Below are positions 23,422 through 37,136 of a DNA stretch of 49,037 nucleotides, piece by piece; within the stretch, counting starts at the first letter, position 1, and the number at the start of each line of letters is the position of its first letter. The notes under the pieces are model-generated. The model was given only the letters and a program-made list of their open reading frames with translations, searched no databases and was not told the origin of the DNA. Made by a program: the position numbers and the translations under genes. This DNA comes from Octopus bimaculoides (taxonomy: Eukaryota): contig NC_068982.1 in assembly GCF_001194135.2 (NCBI RefSeq), positions 80,732,842-80,781,878 of the forward strand, written 5' to 3'.

Positions 23422-23982
23422 TGATATACTACCCATCCTGCTATCTGCATACGCAAATAGCAATTAAGTTCAACATCATCACGCACACCACCACTTCATT
23501 ATAACTACCATTCCTTCCTCTCTTTCCATCACCTTCCACCCCTCTCCACCAAATACCCACACGATTGCCCACACACCCCACTCAACTTGTTCAATGGTCA
23601 AAATTGATAAACAACCCTCAGTGAAATACCTATTAATGCTATTTCGTCTTTAGAAATGAATGAATGAACATGATCTACCCGATGTCCATGGATACTACGG
23701 CCTGCACTATAATCATCCCGGAATATGGACTATGATCATAAGAAACATGTAATTTATGGAAACGCGTGTAGCGATGCATTAAAATATTCATAAACTCCAT
23801 CCAAAGATTATTAGTTATTACTATATTTATTCTACATTATGTCGGTACAGCTCGGTGCAATCCCAAAAGACTGGTATCACCAATTGGCATCATCAGGCTG
23901 TAGCTAGCATAATAAAACAGCTTTTATATGCATATTCAAAACGTTGCCCGTAAATTAAATTAAATGATATATATATGTGTGT

Positions 23983-24056
<74 letters not shown>

Positions 24057-24149
24057 CTATGTTGTTTTGTGCTATCTTCAAGCTTGATAGTAAAGAAATT
24101 GGTTGTTTTTTCTAGGAAGATGCGTGACACACGAGTGGCTCTCTGGTAG

Positions 24150-24390
24150 TGTTAGTGGTTTATGATAGTGGTGGTGGTAGTAGTGATGGTGCTAGTTAGT
24201 AGGGTGGGGGTGCTGATGGTAGCTATAGTTGTAGCAAGAAAGGTATTGATGGTAGCGTGATGGCAGTGTCTTTAGCAGCAGCAGCAGTAACAATAGCAGC
24301 AGCAGCAGCAGCAGCAGTAACAGTAGCAGCAGCAGCATCAGTAGTAGTAGTAGTAGTAGTAGTAGTAGTTGTTGTTGTTGTTGTTGTTGT
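24150..24390. repeat. Compound (GTA)/(GCA)/(GTT) repeat
   Basis: Directly visible. Confidence 0.9.
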
Positions 24391-24759
24391 TTAGTAACTT
24401 ACCAAATTGATTTATAAATTGCATAAATCTACATCTCGTGTTACCTCCTTCCTAAATCGACTTACGCCATTATCGCTGGTTTTAGTTTGAGCAGGTAGGG
24501 CAGGTAAGCATTTGTAAGTGGAAAATCGCAGTATTTCAGACTCTAGTCGTAGCTTTAAAAATGTATTTTATGACTAGCAAATATTCGGCAGTAACCGGAC
24601 ACAATGACCAAATAGAAGTAGAATGTATGAACATCATTTGCACCTAAAAACTTTAAGCAAACACTTTATCTAGTTAATTAAATCAAACACTAATTTCATG
24701 GAGACTCTTTTTACGTATAAAGTCTATTTGAACATGTTTATCAAAGTGTGAATGTGTGG

Positions 24760-25135
24760 GCATGCGTTTATATATCACCTGTGTCACCTGACTAGACAGT
24801 TAGATGTCGCTATAAATTGCAGGTCACAATGTGCTTCCAATTTTTTCCTGAATGCGCCCTTCTTTTCCATCTTGGCCCAACTAAATCGTCTTTCTATCGC
24901 TATGGAGGTCTTCCGTATAACGTTCTTCGCTCTCTTGGAACATGAGGAATTTTACACTCGGTATTCTTCGATCACGCCGTTCACTTACTTCGTTCTCGAA
25001 TCAACTCATATCCAACATGCTCTGGCAATCGTATTCCTAGCATAGATCTTTCCATGGCCCTTTGTGTCGTAGCCAGTTGATTCTCTTCTCTTTTCGTTGT
25101 CTTTCCCAGAAGAAGGACGTTGAGTTCCACTAGAG
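24760..25135 (-). mobile_element. RTE-clade LINE 3'-end fragment
   Basis: Minus strand reads TTKREENQLATTQRAMERSMLGIRLPEHVGYELIRERSK...KR...YGRPP*R; QRAMERSMLGI and GRP are hallmarks of the RTE ORF C-terminus. The WAGH segment appears deleted. Confidence 0.8.
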
Positions 25136-25172
25136 CTGGTTCCCTGATATACATCATCATCATCATACTCAT

Positions 25173-25242
<70 letters not shown>

Positions 25243-25243
<1 letters not shown>

Positions 25244-25605
25244 AGGTGGTGAACTGGCCGAGTTGTTGGAGTGTCGGACAAAGTTCTCTGTAGTATTTCT
25301 TCCTGAACTTTACGTTCTGAGTTCAAAGTCAGCTAAGAACAATTTTACCTTTTATCCCTCGAAGGATCACTAAACTAAAAAAACAGTCAAGTACTAGGGT
25401 TAATGGTCCCCTAAAACCGCCGAGCCGAGCAAAATGCTTAGCGTTATTTCGTTCGTCTTTACGTTCAAATGTCACCGAGTTCGACTTTGCCTTTCATCCT
25501 TTCGGAATCAATAAAAGAATCACCAGAAGAGTGCTGGGGTCGATGTAATCACTAGTCCCCTACCCTTAAATTTCAGGCTTTGGGCCTATAGTAGAAAGGA
25601 TTATT
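25243..25605 (+). mobile_element. Two tandem family A SINE copies (~25243-25410 and ~25425-25605) after an (ATC)/(ACT)n array
   Basis: Both contain the TTACGTTC(TGAG)TTCAAA B-box region and the CTTT(T/C)ATCC core; the second ends in GGCCTATAGTAGAAAGGATTATT. Confidence 0.75.
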
Positions 25606-26069
25606 GTAGTTGTTTTTATTGTTATGATATACATCTTAGCACATAACGTGGTCAACGACAAGATCTCTCGACCTCTCAGAAGTAGTAGCGAAATCTTCCT
25701 CATATAAACACCATAGGATTAAAAACAAGCAAACATTTGCAAATGATCGGAACTAATCTGGTGTCAAACAACAATTGGGGAGTAAAGAACCCAAGTTTCG
25801 AGTCCTGCCAGTAGTAAAGCTTCACTTCATGACACCATTCACTGTAAGAAAGGCATGAGAACCCTCACATTTCAGTGCAATTATATTCTATTATACATGG
25901 ACTTGATCTTAATAATGATTATTACTAATTATGATTATTATTTAATTATTCAAATTATAGTGGTAATTATTGTTGTTGAAAATATACTTTAATTAACTTT
26001 ATTCTTGTTCTTTTCTTATTTCTATTTTTACTTGAATTTTTTTTAATCGCGAATTCCCCTTCTTATTTT

Positions 26070-26123
26070 CTTTCTTTCTTTCTTTCTTTCTTTCTTTCAT
26101 TCCTTCTCTTCTTCTTCTTCTTC

Positions 26124-26187
<64 letters not shown>

Positions 26188-26201
26188 CATCATCATCATC
26201 A

Positions 26202-26254
<53 letters not shown>
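26070..26254. repeat. (CTTT)n-(CTT)n-(ATT)n/(ATC)n array; the (ATT)n part is the tail or target of the adjacent R4-like element
   Basis: Directly visible. Confidence 0.95.
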
Positions 26255-26257
<3 letters not shown>

Positions 26258-27209
26258 TAGTTTTATTTTTTTAACGTGCTTTCACTGCACTACCGAGCGC
26301 AGCTATGTGTGCCTTGGGTACGTGGTGTGCTGTGATGCTCTTATGAGAATGTTTAACGTAGAATGTGTGCAGTGCCTAGTAGTGCTATTTTCTGTATATC
26401 ATATATTTGTTAGTCCTGGTGTTTTTGTTATGTATTTGTCTGAATATTTTTTTTAATCATACCTAATGCGCCCACTATGATAAAAATTGTTTCTGCTTTT
26501 AGACTCCATATTCGAGTTACTTTTATTTCTAGGTCTTTGTATTTTGAAGATTTCTCCATTTCTTTTAGAGAAACGTTGTCATATGCTGGTATTGATACAT
26601 CAATTAGAAAACATGTTTTTCTTCATGATCTCTAACAACTATATCTGACCTATTGGTCTTAATTTCTCTATTGTTGCTTTCTTATTTTCTGTGACATTTT
26701 CTCGTGTGCTTATATCATCTTTTTTCTGTTGTTTTTCCATAGTGTTGGCATAGCTTCCAGTGTATGTAGGTCCCAACTCTGTCACGTCTGGGAATATTTT
26801 CCGATTTAGCCAGGACTGGGCAGCCAGAGATAATATGATTTATTGTTTCTTGTCCATCTCTACATATTCTGCAGTTACTTGTTATGTTTCATTGCATTAT
26901 ATGCTTTTGGTAATTTCTGGTGAGGAGGCTTTGGTCTTGTGCTGCAATTAAAAATCCTTCAGTCTCTGCTTTGAGTCCTGAGCTTCTCAGCCATTGCTGA
27001 GACTTTGCTTTGTCTATTTCTTTTGCGTTTATTTTAGCCCAGTACTTGCCATGAAGGGGCTTTTCTTGCCATCGTTTTATGATGGTCCGTTGCTGTTCTA
27101 GTCTTAGTTTGGATTTCATTTGTTTTACAGCTTTTGTTGTTTCTTATTCCTTTTCATAGTTGTTATGTAGTATGATTTCTTGTTTGTATTTGTCAGCTTC
27201 CTTAAATAC
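26255..27209 (-). mobile_element. R4/Dong-like RLE non-LTR retrotransposon 3' portion with intact 3' UTR
   Basis: Minus strand reads [13 protein letters not shown]...[36 protein letters not shown]-x8-H-x4-C, RDRVGTYIHWKLC, then a frameshifted RLE region and a 3' UTR running into (TAA)n. The 5' side is cut by a gap. Confidence 0.92.
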
Positions 27210-27544
27210 NNNNNNNNNNNNNNNNNNNNNNNNNNNNNNNNNNNNNNNNNNNNNNNNNNNNNNNNNNNNNNNNNNNNNNNNNNNNNNNNNNNNNNNNNNN
27301 NNNNNNNNNNNNNNNNNNNNNNNNNNNNNNNNNNNNNNNNNNNNNNNNNNNNNNNNNNNNNNNNNNNNNNNNNNNNNNNNNNNNNNNNNNNNNNNNNNNN
27401 NNNNNNNNNNNNNNNNNNNNNNNNNNNNNNNNNNNNNNNNNNNNNNNNNNNNNNNNNNNNNNNNNNNNNNNNNNNNNNNNNNNNNNNNNNNNNNNNNAGT
27501 TGCAAAAAGAATTTGAAATCATTATTGTTATTATGACTATTATT

Positions 27545-27790
27545 AAGGTAGTGAGCTGGCAGAATCGTTAACACGCCGGGCGAAATGCTTAACGGTATTT
27601 CATCTGCCGCTACGCTCTGAGTTCAAAGTTCGCTGAGGTTGATTTTGCCTTTTATCCTTTAGTGGGGTCGATAAATTAAGTACCAGTCAAGTATTGGGAT
27701 CGATATGATAGACTTACCCTACCCCCAAATTTCAGGCCTTGTGCCTGTAGTAGAAAAGGTTATTATTATTGTTATTATTATTATTATCAT
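27545..27790 (+). mobile_element. Full-length family A SINE with (ATT)n tail
   Basis: AAGGTAGTGAGCTGGCAGAATCGTTAAC (A box)...CTGAGTTCAAAGTTCG (B box)...GGGGTCGATAAATTAAGTACCAG...GGCCTTGTGCCTGTAGTAGAAAAGG-(TTA)n. Confidence 0.85.
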
Positions 27791-28609
27791 TATTATTATT
27801 ATTATTATTATTATGGCCGCCATACAGTAAAGTCATCTTTGGTTACTATGGAAACAGAGTTCTTCTCCACGGTGATGTGTAAAATACTTACTTCTGAGAG
27901 GCTAAAATACCCGAATTTTGCAAATTTTAAAGGCTAATAACTTTTTAATTATTGATTTATAGGGAAAATGAATTTCATTCTCATAATTAGTATACAAAAC
28001 TTAATCCATATACCAAATTTGATAACAACTGGAGCAAAATTGTAAACAATGACGAAAACCACAAAATCCAATAACTGGTTAACATAAGCCTGGCTGGGGG
28101 ACAAACAGACATCTAAGATACGATGGAGGTAGGGTGAGGTGTCAATAAGGATTGTTTGCATTGTGTTTTGCGTGTAAATTATAGCACTTCTCATAGCTGC
28201 CCTGAAATAGTGGAGGAAAGGAATGTCAAGTGGTTGCGTAAGCGCACGGTCGGTTATTCAGGTGGCAGAGTAGCCGGTTGGTCGGTTGGTCAAATATTGC
28301 TTTATCGAAGATTAGGTTATTTTGGCGAAGCGGTGAGGTGATCGTTGAATTACATAAACTATAACAAATGTGTGCACGTGTGTGTGTGTGTGTGTGTGTG
28401 CGTGCGTGTGTGTATACATATACACACACACATATACTCTTATATAAAATTATGCATATAGATTTATATTTATGCATGTGAGAGTGTGCGTGTATATGCG
28501 TTAATACGTTTGTTTGTGTGTCTGTGTGCGTATGTATAAATGTATATATATATATATATATATATATGATCATACATATATATAAATGAGTGCGTGTATA
28601 TATATATGG

Positions 28610-28665
<56 letters not shown>

Positions 28666-28802
28666 NNNNNNNNNNNNNNNNNNNNNNNNNNNNNNNNNNN
28701 NNNNNNNNNNNNNNNNNNNNNNNNNNNNNNNNNNNNNNNNNNNNNNNNNNNNNNNNNNNNNNNNNNNNNNNNNNNNNNNNNNNNNNNNNNNNNNNNNNNN
28801 NN

Positions 28803-28842
<40 letters not shown>

Positions 28843-29552
28843 CATATACATGTATATATGTATAATTATCTACATACATTTATATGTGTGCTAGTGTATA
28901 TGCACGCAGACACAGCCCTCCATACAAACACGAGCACACATGCAGACGCGCGCGCGCACGCACACACACGCACACACACACACACTTGAATGCTTTCTTG
29001 CACCAATGTCATTCCAGTGCAGTCTGGCTGCCACCTGTTATAACTATTGCAGTGAAAACTTGTCCCGTCACCTCTGGGACACTTAAACGTTTGGCTCACA
29101 GCCTTTACAGACATACTCGTCTGTGCCTACATGTTTATATATATATATATATATATATNNNNNNNNNNNNNNNNNNNNNNNNNNNNNNNNNNNNNNNNNN
29201 NNNNNNNNNNNNNNNNNNNNNNNNNNNNNNNNNNNNNNNNNNNNNNNNNNNNNNNNNNNNNNNNNNNNNNNNNNNNNNNNNNNNNNNNNNNNNNNNNNNN
29301 NNNNNNNNNNNNNNNNNNNNNNNNNNNNNNNNNNNNNNNNNNNNNNNNNNNNNNTATACATATACATATATATATACATACATATATATATATGAATACA
29401 TATATATATATTGACTATTTATTCAGTTTTTATGTGTATTTGTGTGTGTATGTATGTATGTATGTATGTATATATGTATATGTATACGTCTATTCCTTTA
29501 TCAGTAGGTGTATAGATGTTATACAAATATATGTGGGTCTATCTATTTATCT

Positions 29553-29555
<3 letters not shown>

Positions 29556-29626
<71 letters not shown>
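29556..29626. repeat. (CT)n microsatellite
   Basis: Directly visible. Confidence 0.95.
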
Positions 29627-29629
<3 letters not shown>

Positions 29630-29943
29630 CTTTCTTTTTTCTTTCTTTATTTTACTTCCCTTCCTTTTTCTCTTTCTCGCCGAACCATTTCGGCTTATCT
29701 AGTTTACTTAACCATTATGTAATCATTTCTTACTCCCTTCCCACAGCCTCTATCTCCCTCTCTCCATTTCGATATATGTGTGTGTGTGCGTGCGCGCGCG
29801 CGTGTATACATGTTTGTATGTGTGTATGTGCAGTTGTGTATGCATGCCCATTACTGACTCAATCTTTTAAACCTTTCTTCTCCTCTGACTTGCTCCCCGT
29901 CTTTTCCATTATGTATATATGTATGTATGTACGCATGTATGTA

Positions 29944-29978
<35 letters not shown>

Positions 29979-30029
29979 TTGTATGCATGTATATGTATTA
30001 TTTACAAGTCTACTACTCGGCGTTACTCA

Positions 30030-31420
30030 GTCAGTCACTCATTCAATTATCATATCACTTCACGATCCATTCAGTGAGTTTGCATGTAACCCAAGTCAAC
30101 CAATGAGCTTCTAATTTCGTCCACTTTGTAACTCGTCCAATTAATCATTCAGTCACCCATTCACTCATTCTATTTATTGCTCAACAATTCATTAATCCTG
30201 TTAATCAAGCTCTTATTTCATCTTGCACTGAATTACTCTCTCAGTCAATCAGTTAATAAGCTACTGAGTTTATCACAATCTATCAAATAACCAAACAATC
30301 AATTAATCGCTCGATTAATCAATCATGCAATTGATCGATCAATTAATCAATTAATCACACAATCAGTTACTCAGTACATCAAACATGCAATCAATCGTTC
30401 AATTACACAATCAATTATTCATCAGTCCCATCCCTCGGTCGCTTAATCCACCTTTTGAATCCTTTAATTTGGTATTTCATCACGCATTCACTCATTCATC
30501 GGTCCTCAATTACTCCCACTACTACTGAAGTCACTGAGTCAAGTACTCAGCCAGTGTTTCCGTGGTTCGTAAAGCGGTCAGATATTTACACAAAATAGTG
30601 CTCAAATATTTCACTCAGTTTGGTTACTCAGTCAACTCATTTATCAATTACGGAGTCAATTTGTCAATTTGTAGTTCGGTTTTCTTTCCCAGATTTTCAA
30701 GCACTCCTTCTCGCCATTCTGTTTCATTCCTCTGCTCATTCAACTTACTGAATGAGTGAATTCACCGCCCCACTCCCACAACCACTCATATTCCTGTTTA
30801 TTCATTCAGAAACCCAATGAGATATGTACTCCACGCATAATCATTTCAGCCAGTGGTTCTCAACCGGGGTCCATATACGATTTTTGGGATCCACACAAGC
30901 AAAATAGTAAAGTGGGTCCACTGTAGTATTCCATGGGTCTATGAGAAAGTTTTGATATAGATTTACTTACTGCATCTAACAACTACGTTCCTTTCTTTGA
31001 TGTCCAACCTATACAAAGGAATGTGTGATAAACAAAACTGGAATCTATAAAACTGGTTTTTAAACACTGCATGGCTAGGGTGTTTACCAGAATAAAATCA
31101 AAAGGGTCCAATTGATTTAAATAGTCGACTGGTATCTTAATCACTCAGACACTCCCATTTATTCAGTAACATTCCCATTCATTCAGTGAATGAATTACTG
31201 GAATGTTCAATAAGCCATTCGCTCAGACACCAATTTGTTCAATCATTCACTCAATCGCTCAACCAGCTCAATGCTCAGTCTTTATGCTTATTCCTTCACA
31301 AACGAACTAAATTGCCCCATCAATCACTGATCCACTCAACGACTCAGCAAATAAGTCTATGAATGAGGAAATAAAATCAAACACGTAATCAGTCAATAAA
31401 AAAATAATCAATCAGTTGGT
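30030..31420. repeat. Decayed (CATT/CAAT/CACT)n tetranucleotide array interrupted by a MITE
   Basis: Recurrent TCACTCA/TCAATCA/TTCATTCA units on both sides of 30851-31132. Confidence 0.75.
30851..31132 (+). mobile_element. hAT (Charlie-like) MITE with degenerate right end
   Basis: Starts CAGTGGTTCTCAACCGGGGTCC, with repeated GGGTCC sub-terminal motifs (30866, 30913, 31104); the right TIR is not intact. Confidence 0.65.
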
Positions 31421-31663
31421 TGTTAATCTATATAATATATTCAGATTGATATTGACTTACTGGATTTCTCCAAATAATGTGATTATCTGGTCTATGTCCA
31501 TATTTTTCTACTACCAGTTATGGAACCCCTCTCTCTTTCTTTCTCTCCTTCTCTCTCTTCCTCCCCCTCCCTCTCTTTCTCCCTCACTCTCTCCCCCCTC
31601 TCTCTCTTGGTTTTCCTCATCACATTGTGTGTTTGTGTGTGTGTGTGTATGAATGTGTGCATG

Positions 31664-31753
<90 letters not shown>

Positions 31754-32609
31754 NNNNNNNNNNNNNNNNNNNNNNNNNNNNNNNNNNNNNNNNNNNNNNN
31801 NNATATGTATATGTATATGTATATGGTATATATTTGTTAAATACAATGAAACAACAAAGTCAAGGCTGTGTGGAATTTATAGGACATTTATAAAAAGAAA
31901 GATAGTCTTACAGCTATTTCTGGGATATTAGAGATATCTCTTCATCAAAGACGATATGGGACAGTTAACTAGAGGGAAATAGTAGAGTTGAATATAAGGA
32001 GTTATTTTGGAAAAGGAAGTATAAAAGGAAATAAAAAGTATAAAAAGAATGAATAATATATGCACTGATATCGCGGAAAGCCTGCTATCCTGAATAAAAT
32101 CTCCGAATACGCAATGGAAACGGTAATTCAGTTTTTAAATGTGTGAGTTCGAGCACCGATCCACACTCAGTATCAGTTATTTTTTTACGTGCAGTTCCTT
32201 TCAGTTTATATCCAAGAGTCATGAAATAATAAATAAGCAAATAAATAAATAGATAAATATATAATTGTACGAGCGGACGAGAAAATAAGCATCGTCCCTA
32301 GGCATCCCTTAATCCAAGAGCTGCAGAAAATAGATGTCTTTGGTGAGTACTGAGAGACTTAGAGCGATTCTGTCCAGAGGGAAAATATAAGAAGACTAAA
32401 ATAAGCTGTAGAATTTCAGAAACGAACTTTTCACTCCAACATACAAACACATAGAGACACAGTAACATGCACACCGGCATATATTTGTGAATGTACGTGC
32501 ATATATATACTTATGTATGCATACACATATATGCATGTGTAAATGTTTTGTTTGTATCATGTAATATATATACCGTCCCACGTAATCATACAGTCATGGA
32601 TTTATTCAA

Positions 32610-32656
<47 letters not shown>

Positions 32657-32907
32657 NNNNNNNNNNNNNNNNNNNNNNNNNNNNNNNNNNNNNNNNNNNN
32701 NNNNNNNNNNNNNNNNNNNNNNNNNNNNNNNNNNNNNNNNNNNNNNNNNNNNNNNNNNNNNNNNNNNNNNNNNNNNNNNNNNNNNNNNNNNNNNNNNNNN
32801 NNNNNNNNNNNNNNNNNNNNNNNNNNNNNNNNNNNNNNNNNNNNNNNNNNNNNNNNNNNNNNNNNNNNNNNNNNNNNNNNNNNNNNNNNNNNNNNNNNNN
32901 NNNNNNN

Positions 32908-32950
<43 letters not shown>

Positions 32951-33162
32951 GATACATAAACACGTACATACTTGCATACATACATTCACGTATACCTAGA
33001 CATGCATATAAGCATACATTCATTTACAAAAAACATGTTATTCCATTTACATGTTATGACAATATAGCCAATAGCTAAGATTATTAAAACAACGCAGTTA
33101 TAAAATAAAGTATATGTACATGGGAGGGTGCGAATATGTGTGTGTAGGGTTACGTGTGTGTC

Positions 33163-33202
<40 letters not shown>

Positions 33203-35559
33203 TGTGTGTGTGTGCGTGCGTGTGTGTGTGCGTGTGCATGTGTGTGTGTGTGTGTGTGTTTGTGTTTGTGTTCTGTCTCCTCCTCTACAGAGATAAAGAA
33301 TGATATATGCTGTGCTGATGATGTCTATTGGGGAGAAACGTGTGTAAACAACTCCTTTCTTTGCACATAGTTATACTATTCCTTCCTTAACAGCATCTCA
33401 GTTGTTGAGATTATATTTTTTCAGATTATTTTCCCTCCCCGTTTCACGTTGTTACAAAATGCTATCAAAACGATTGGCTCTATGTTCTTTGGTAGCAGGA
33501 ACATTTACAATAAATCAAAACGCTATTTTGTATTTCATTTAATATAGTCTTCTTTTCTTTGTCATTCAAATGCACGCAATATCTACTTTGAATTATCTTC
33601 CATGTATGTATGTATGTATGTATGTATGTTATTATGTATGTATGTATGTATGCATGTATGTATGTATATATATGCATGTATGTATGCATGTATGTATGTA
33701 TGTATGTATCTATCTATCTATATATATATATCTATATATATCTATATATATATATATATATATATAATATACACACATAGATTCGTGTGTGTGTGTGTGT
33801 GCACGCGCGTGTGTGTGTAAATAATATCATAAATGGGTTGAGGCTCATTACAACTGTTTCAACGCATTTTGTATTGATAAACAAATCAATTACATCAATA
33901 ACTTTATTTATACTAAACACACTCGAAATCTTCCCTACGTTGGGTCTGGAGTTTACAGTGAAACGAGGAGTACATGTCGGTATATGCCTATACGTAATAT
34001 TACAAAGAGCTGAGTACTTGTATCGAGGAGTACATTGATCTGTGTATTTGCATGTATGTGTAAAAGAGCAATCCCTGGAACAGCTCAATCAACATCTGTC
34101 CGAATTATGCACCACTCTTCATTCTTTACCTCATAATAACTACTTAAATAGAAATCCACCTACAGATGATACACAAGATAGAACCCCCTCCACGCTTATA
34201 CTATCAATTAAAAACCGCATTATACACATATGGAATGAAAAAGTTAAAGCCAGAAAATTTTCTTTCTGAAACATGATCAAAAACAACCACAAGGCAGAAA
34301 TTTATGAACACTGGTTAAACTCTACACCAATAATTCTACCCCAGAAATTGCAAATTAAATGCATTCCAAACGAACAGGACCAACAAAGACAATTAAGGGA
34401 GAAACTAGCACTGGAAAAAATGAAGACAGAAATAGAACTCCATAAGCTTAGAGCGTTTAGCAATGAACCAAAATTTAAAAACATAGATGAGGAAATCTAC
34501 AACGAATTAAAGAAACATTCAGATGGTCAACGCTTGGAAAGTGTCTTTAAATTGTGGAAAACAGCTTGTGAAGCTGAAGAAACAAGCTCCCTACAGCGCT
34601 GGAAAAACAAGCCAATTTCTTTATTAACTACGAAACACAGTTCAACATAGAATATGCATCGGAGAACCCCTTCCTGAAGAAAAATAAACCAAAACATACA
34701 CAGAAATGAACACGCGCTTATCTAACACAAACCACANNNNNNNNNNNNNNNNNNNNNNNNNNNNNNNNNNNNNNNNNNNNNNNNNNNNNNNNNNNNNNNN
34801 NNNNNNNNNNNNNNNNNNNNNNNNNNNNNNNNNNNNNNNNNNNNNNNNNNNNNNNNNNNNNNNNNNNNNNNNNNNNNNNNNNNNNNNNNNNNNNNNNNNN
34901 NNNNNNNNNNNNNNNNNNNNNNNNNNNNNNNNNNNNNNNNNNNAATATTAAAAATAAATTTAACCCTAACCACATCAACCATAGCCAATATAACAACCCT
35001 CACTACAACCATAATCTAGCCCGTTTCACAGCCACTCCACCATCAACATATTACCACAGACATACTTTACACCCATTTTCTCCTCAGCAAACCAAACACA
35101 ATACAGACTTTCCACAACAATCCACCAACTACAACCATTTTTTAGACCTAAATCAGAGAAACGGAGATGTGAAATGGAACAAAATGTACAAGAACAACCT
35201 AAAATAATCAACTTATCAAAGAAAATCCTACGTGCTACACAAACTAAAATTCTAGCAAGAGGTTTATAGTTTACTCCAACCCCTCACAGATCGAACCGAA
35301 ATGAAATTAAGGATAGCACTATGGATTTCTGCCGAAAATTACGCCTCGCAGAAGCACTTCACAACTACACCAGCAAAGATGAGTCTATAGTAAAAAACAA
35401 CAATGAATACTGTCCTACAAAGGGCAGAATTAAAGCACTTGATGCTTTTTGTGAACGCATTACCAGTTTTCCTTTTAATACCCTATAAAAGCAACGAATT
35501 AAATCAAACATTAATGTAAATGAACGGAAAGACCTTATCGAGTTAAAAAAAGGATATAA

Positions 35560-36479
35560 ACCTCACCATTAAAGAAGCCGACAAAGGAAGTGTGGTAGTG
35601 GTGATGGACACAGAGTACTACAAAAAGTTAATACTCTCTATGTTGGAAAATAATATTTACTATGAGATGATAGTACAATACAACCCACAGAAGACTTAAA
35701 AACTTATCCTCTTTACTTCAAATACATGGAAAGGGTCTAACTAAACATGAAATTGACTATTCATCCAATTTTAAATATAGACCTAGTCTATTCTCTGGAT
35801 TACCTAAAATACACAAAAATCCACATATTTGTACAGCTTGCAAAGTTTCTCCAAGCCTCTGCATTAATATTCCTCCCCCTACTGACCTCAAACTGAGACC
35901 CATCATTGCTGGTCCTGCTTGTGAAACCCACCGTTTGAGCAACTTCCTCGACATCTTACTCAAATTGTTTCTAAAATATGTGAAAAGCTTCATCGGGGAT
36001 GACTTAGATATGCTAAACCACCTCCCGAAGACAATAAGTGAAGGAACCCTGTTAGTATCATTCGATGTGATGAATTTGTACATCAATATCCCACACGATT
36101 ATGGTATAGAAGCAATCACATTCTGGCTAGAAAAATACCCGAAAGAGATCCCAGGGCGCATCAACCACAGATTTATAATCGCAGCACTCAAATTCATCCT
36201 ACTGGATACAGCTTACTATCGACAAAAATGTGGAATTGTAATGGGAACCCGAGCTGCGCCAATTGCGAACCTTGTAATGGGTTACCTAGAGCTTGAAATA
36301 TATCAAACATCATTACAAAAATATGGCACCTCTTTTCATTGCTATTTAAAGGAGAACTGAAAGAGGTATTTGGACGATTGCTTTATACTTTGGAAAGACA
36401 GCATGGACAAACTCCTCGATTTCAAAATAATGCTTAACAACATTAATAGCAACATACAATTCACCATGAAACACAGCAG
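35560..36479 (+). pseudogene. PLE reverse transcriptase core with frameshifts and stops
   Basis: RT motifs from ADKG through YLDD lie in shifted frames; in-frame TGA at 36358-36360. Confidence 0.9.
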
Positions 36480-37136
36480 NNNNNNNNNNNNNNNNNNNNN
36501 NNNNNNNNNNNNNNNNNNNNNNNNNNNNNNNNNNNNNNNNNNNNNNNNNNNNNNNNNNNNNNNNNNNNNNNNNNNNNNNNNNNNNNNNNNNNNNNNNNNN
36601 NNNNNNNNNNNNNNNNNNNNNNNNNNNNNNNNNNNNNNNNNNNNNNNNNNNNNNNNNNNNNNNNNNNNNNNNNNNNNNNNNNNNNNNNNNNNNNNNNNNN
36701 NNNNNNNNNNNNNNNNNNNNNNNNNNNNNNNNNNNNNNNNNNNNNNNNNNNNNNNNNNNNNNNNNNNNNNNNNNNNNNNNNNNNNNNNNNNNNNNNNNNN
36801 NNNNNNNNNNNNNNNNNNNNNNNNNNAAAAGACATTACCCAATATCTTTAATAAATGATGGAATTAAGCAAGCTAAGGAAATAGACATACAAACATTAAG
36901 GGAAGTCAACCGAAATACTAAACCAGACTTAAAAATACTCCCATCATTTCCACACATAACCCTAGAAACAACGAAGCCTTTAACGTTATCATCCAAAATC
37001 TTCCCATCCCCACAAGAGATAAAACAATGAACAAAATTTTAGACTCACACAAAATTATCAAAAGTAAAATGCAACCTAAATCACGGAAAATATATTAAAC
37101 AGCGCATGACTGTATCCATTAACAACAGAACCAAAA

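Noticed and set aside
24486-24503. 18-nt microexon (FEQVGQ) before CAG|GTAAGC
   Set aside because: Weak polypyrimidine tract; such matches are expected by chance in 49 kb.
33292-33370. Possible Cys-rich (EMI/EGF-like) exon [18 protein letters not shown] after a good acceptor
   Set aside because: Weak donor, early stop, no neighbouring compatible exons, and the pyrimidine tract derives from adjacent simple repeats.
33994-34003. Second GTAATATTAC palindrome near the PLE 5' end as a 5' pLTR or hammerhead copy
   Set aside because: Flanks do not match 37720-37800, and there is no adjacent CUGANGA or GAAAC; probably chance in AT-rich DNA.
34267-36360. In-frame TGA codons in the PLE (34267-34269, 36358-36360) as selenocysteine or readthrough, as reported for Naiad PLEs
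   Set aside because: Both sit where Trp is expected (F-W-N; W-KRYLDD), so TGG>TGA decay is simpler. The element also has a TAG (35267-35269), frameshifts and a C-terminal endonuclease, unlike Naiads.
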